The translations under genes and the position numbers were made by a program. Shown in pieces: positions 61,930 through 64,000 of a DNA stretch of 64,000 nt. The notes beneath the pieces are model-generated. The model worked only from the letters and a program-made list of their open reading frames with translations. It was not told the DNA's origin and did no database searches. Position 1 is the stretch's first letter. Every line of letters begins with the position of its first letter. Source of the stretch: Tortispora ganteri (Eukaryota); contig PPNB01000004.1 of the NCBI GenBank assembly GCA_003707115.1, positions 310,001 to 374,000 of the forward strand. The letters run 5' to 3'.

Positions 61930-62850
61930 ATGCCTAGCGATAACGTAGTTCACGCTTTGTCTGGTGCAGCAGCTGGAATATCTGCTACTGTAGTCACTTA
62001 CCCTCTTCAAACTCTTTCCACAAGAGCGCAGATTGAATCTAAGCGCGCTGAAAACGCGGAGAACAAAAAAATATCTCCGTTGGAAGCCGCAAGACAAATT
62101 ATCCAAAGAGAAGGCGCGTCAGGATTGTATTCTGGTATTGATTCCGCTCTTGTGGGAATCTCGGTTACAAACTTCATCTATTATTTCTTCTATGAAGGAA
62201 CAAGAGCTCGTCTCGGCAAAGGTCGCCCCCTTTCTGCTCTCGAGTCTATGGCTGCAGGTGCTGTAGCTGGATCGGCAACTGTCGTACTCACCAACCCTAT
62301 TTGGGTCATCAATACTCGCGCTACTACATCAAAGACCGAAAAAGGACTCCTTCAAGTGCTGAGAAAGGTCTTAAATGAAGGAGGCATCAAGGCTCTGTTT
62401 GCTGGTCTCGGTCCGGCTCTTGTCCTCGTCATAAATCCGATTCTTCAATACACTGTCTTCGAACAACTGCGCAACTTGATTGAGCGCCGTCGCAGAATGA
62501 CTCCTAGAGATGCCTTCCTCTTAGGTGCTCTTGGAAAGCTCATTGCTACTTTTGTTACCTACCCTATCGTCACCTTGAAGACCCGCATGCAGGTCGCAAA
62601 GAAGGGCGAAAACTACAAAGGTCTCATTGGCAGCTTTAGCGACATTATCAAGAACGAAGGCTGGTCTGGTCTCTACAGTGGACTTGAAACCAGACTACTT
62701 CAGTCTGTATTGACAGCCGCTTTTCTTTTTTACTTCAAAGAAGAGTTCTTCTCTATTACTCTTCAGATTTTGGCTTTCTTAGGCGCCAAGAAGGCATCTG
62801 CCCGTGGCGCTCTTACCAAGAATAAGCTTACCGCACGTCTCGTGAGATAA
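61930..62850 (+). CDS. Peroxisomal SLC25 carrier (PMP47/PMP34/Ant1-like)
   Basis: Three carrier repeats (YPLQTLSTR, NPIWVINTR, YPIVTLKTR), MPSDNVVHALSG, NFIYYFFYE and LVINPILQYTVFEQL. Confidence 0.85.
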   Translation: MPSDNVVHALSGAAAGISATVVTYPLQTLSTRAQIESKRAENAENKKISPLEAARQIIQREGASGLYSGIDSALVGISVTNFIYYFFYEGTRARLGKGRPLSALESMAAGAVAGSATVVLTNPIWVINTRATTSKTEKGLLQVLRKVLNEGGIKALFAGLGPALVLVINPILQYTVFEQLRNLIERRRRMTPRDAFLLGALGKLIATFVTYPIVTLKTRMQVAKKGENYKGLIGSFSDIIKNEGWSGLYSGLETRLLQSVLTAAFLFYFKEEFFSITLQILAFLGAKKASARGALTKNKLTARLVR

Positions 62851-63271
62851 AATACTGAGTTGAGCATAAATCAATACTTTGTCTATGCCTGTGCTGTGTG
62901 CCCTTGTCGACGTTAGAAAAGTAGCTACGTAATATATACAGGATGTATTCTAATGCGGTAAGAAAGTATTAATGAAAAGGTTAGAAAAAAGACAAACATA
63001 TGCCGCATGAATAGCTAGAGTAGAACACAACTGTCAAAGGCAAGGTAAACAACAAAAATGAGGATTTGAATAGAAAAATGAACGAAAAATAAGACGCATC
63101 ATCTTGAGGTCTCCGTCTAGCCGACCATTTATCACCACTCACATATGCAAAAACGCAAATGAGAAAATAGGTAGGTAAACAAGAAGAGACTTAGTATACT
63201 ATATATGATTGATGTTATTCCTTCGTTTTATTCAAGTTCCTCTGTAAAGACTTACACAGTCGCTTCCCTCT

Positions 63272-63875
63272 TTAACAGCACCCATTACCAGAACCTTGTT
63301 GAACGTTCTGTCCACGTAGATTGACATTAGGCTTAGCAGATCCACCTCCAGAAACAGAGTCAGATCCTATAGCATCTTTGATTTGACGAGCCATAGTCAA
63401 AAATGCCTGCTCAACATTAGTTGCATCCTTAGCAGATGTCTCTAAGAATGGAATTCCTAGACTATCAGCGAACTCTTTGGCAACAGTATATTCAACAACT
63501 TTCTGGTCCTTCAAATCAGATTTGTTTCCAACAAGAAGCTTGACAACGCTTTCGGCTGCATAACGATCTATCTCTTGAAGCCATTGCTTGACGTTATTGA
63601 AGCTCTCTTGATCAGTAACATCGTACACTACAATAATGCCGTGCGCTCCGCGGTAGTAGCTCGACGTAATAGTGCGGAATCGCTCCTGACCTGCAGTGTC
63701 CCAAATTTGTAACTTCACAGTCTTGCCTTCGAGGTCGATAGTGCGAATCTTGAAGTCAACACCAATAGTCGATATATACGAGTCCGTGTAGGTGTCATCG
63801 GCAAATCGCAATAATAGGCAAGATTTACCGACACCTGAGTCTCCAATGAGCAGAAGCTTAAACAGAAAGTCGTAG
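63272..63875 (-). CDS. YPT1: Rab1 GTPase, last exon (first exon outside window)
   Basis: After TACTAAC (63900-63894) and TAG (63878-63876), the exon reads C-TAC-GAC..., giving [18 protein letters not shown]. Also [25 protein letters not shown] and C-terminal CC. Confidence 0.97.
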
Positions 63876-64000
63876 CTATAGATTGAAATTTCGGTTAGTA
63901 TTCAGTACCATATAGGTTTGCATATATGCAATTTTACTCTGATTGTTGTTAGTATGCTGCAGTGTTGTGAGTGCTATCAGTGGACTATAGATGTATATAT

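Overview
This is a compact, intron-poor budding-yeast (Saccharomycotina) chromosomal segment, with about 33 protein-coding genes and no rRNA, tRNA, transposon or CRISPR evidence. It uses the standard code: CTG falls on a conserved Leu in YPT1 KLLLIG. Short introns with TACTAAC-type branch points and an EDC4/Pdc1-like gene suggest an early-diverging lineage (inference). Most genes are housekeeping: cullin, DPB11, LCB2, CSL4, TPI1, MAS2, RCM1, ARL3, TBCD, SCD6, YAT1, PMT2, GLT1, MET14, YPT1. The ORF track misses several features. These include a box C/D snoRNA in SCD6 intron 2 with a guide for 18S Am420 (snR52-like) and a 35-aa Cup1-like metallothionein next to MET14. It also misses the spliced 5' ends of TPI1, ARL3, SCD6 and YPT1, including a YPT1 arrangement suggesting a 1-nt micro-exon or nested intron. 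Also notable are adjacent SCD6 and EDC4-like decapping genes, a divergent PEX39/PMP47 peroxisomal pair, a four-enzyme accessory block at 20-27 kb, and a recurrent telomere-like promoter motif. All family assignments come from recalled motifs; no searches were run.
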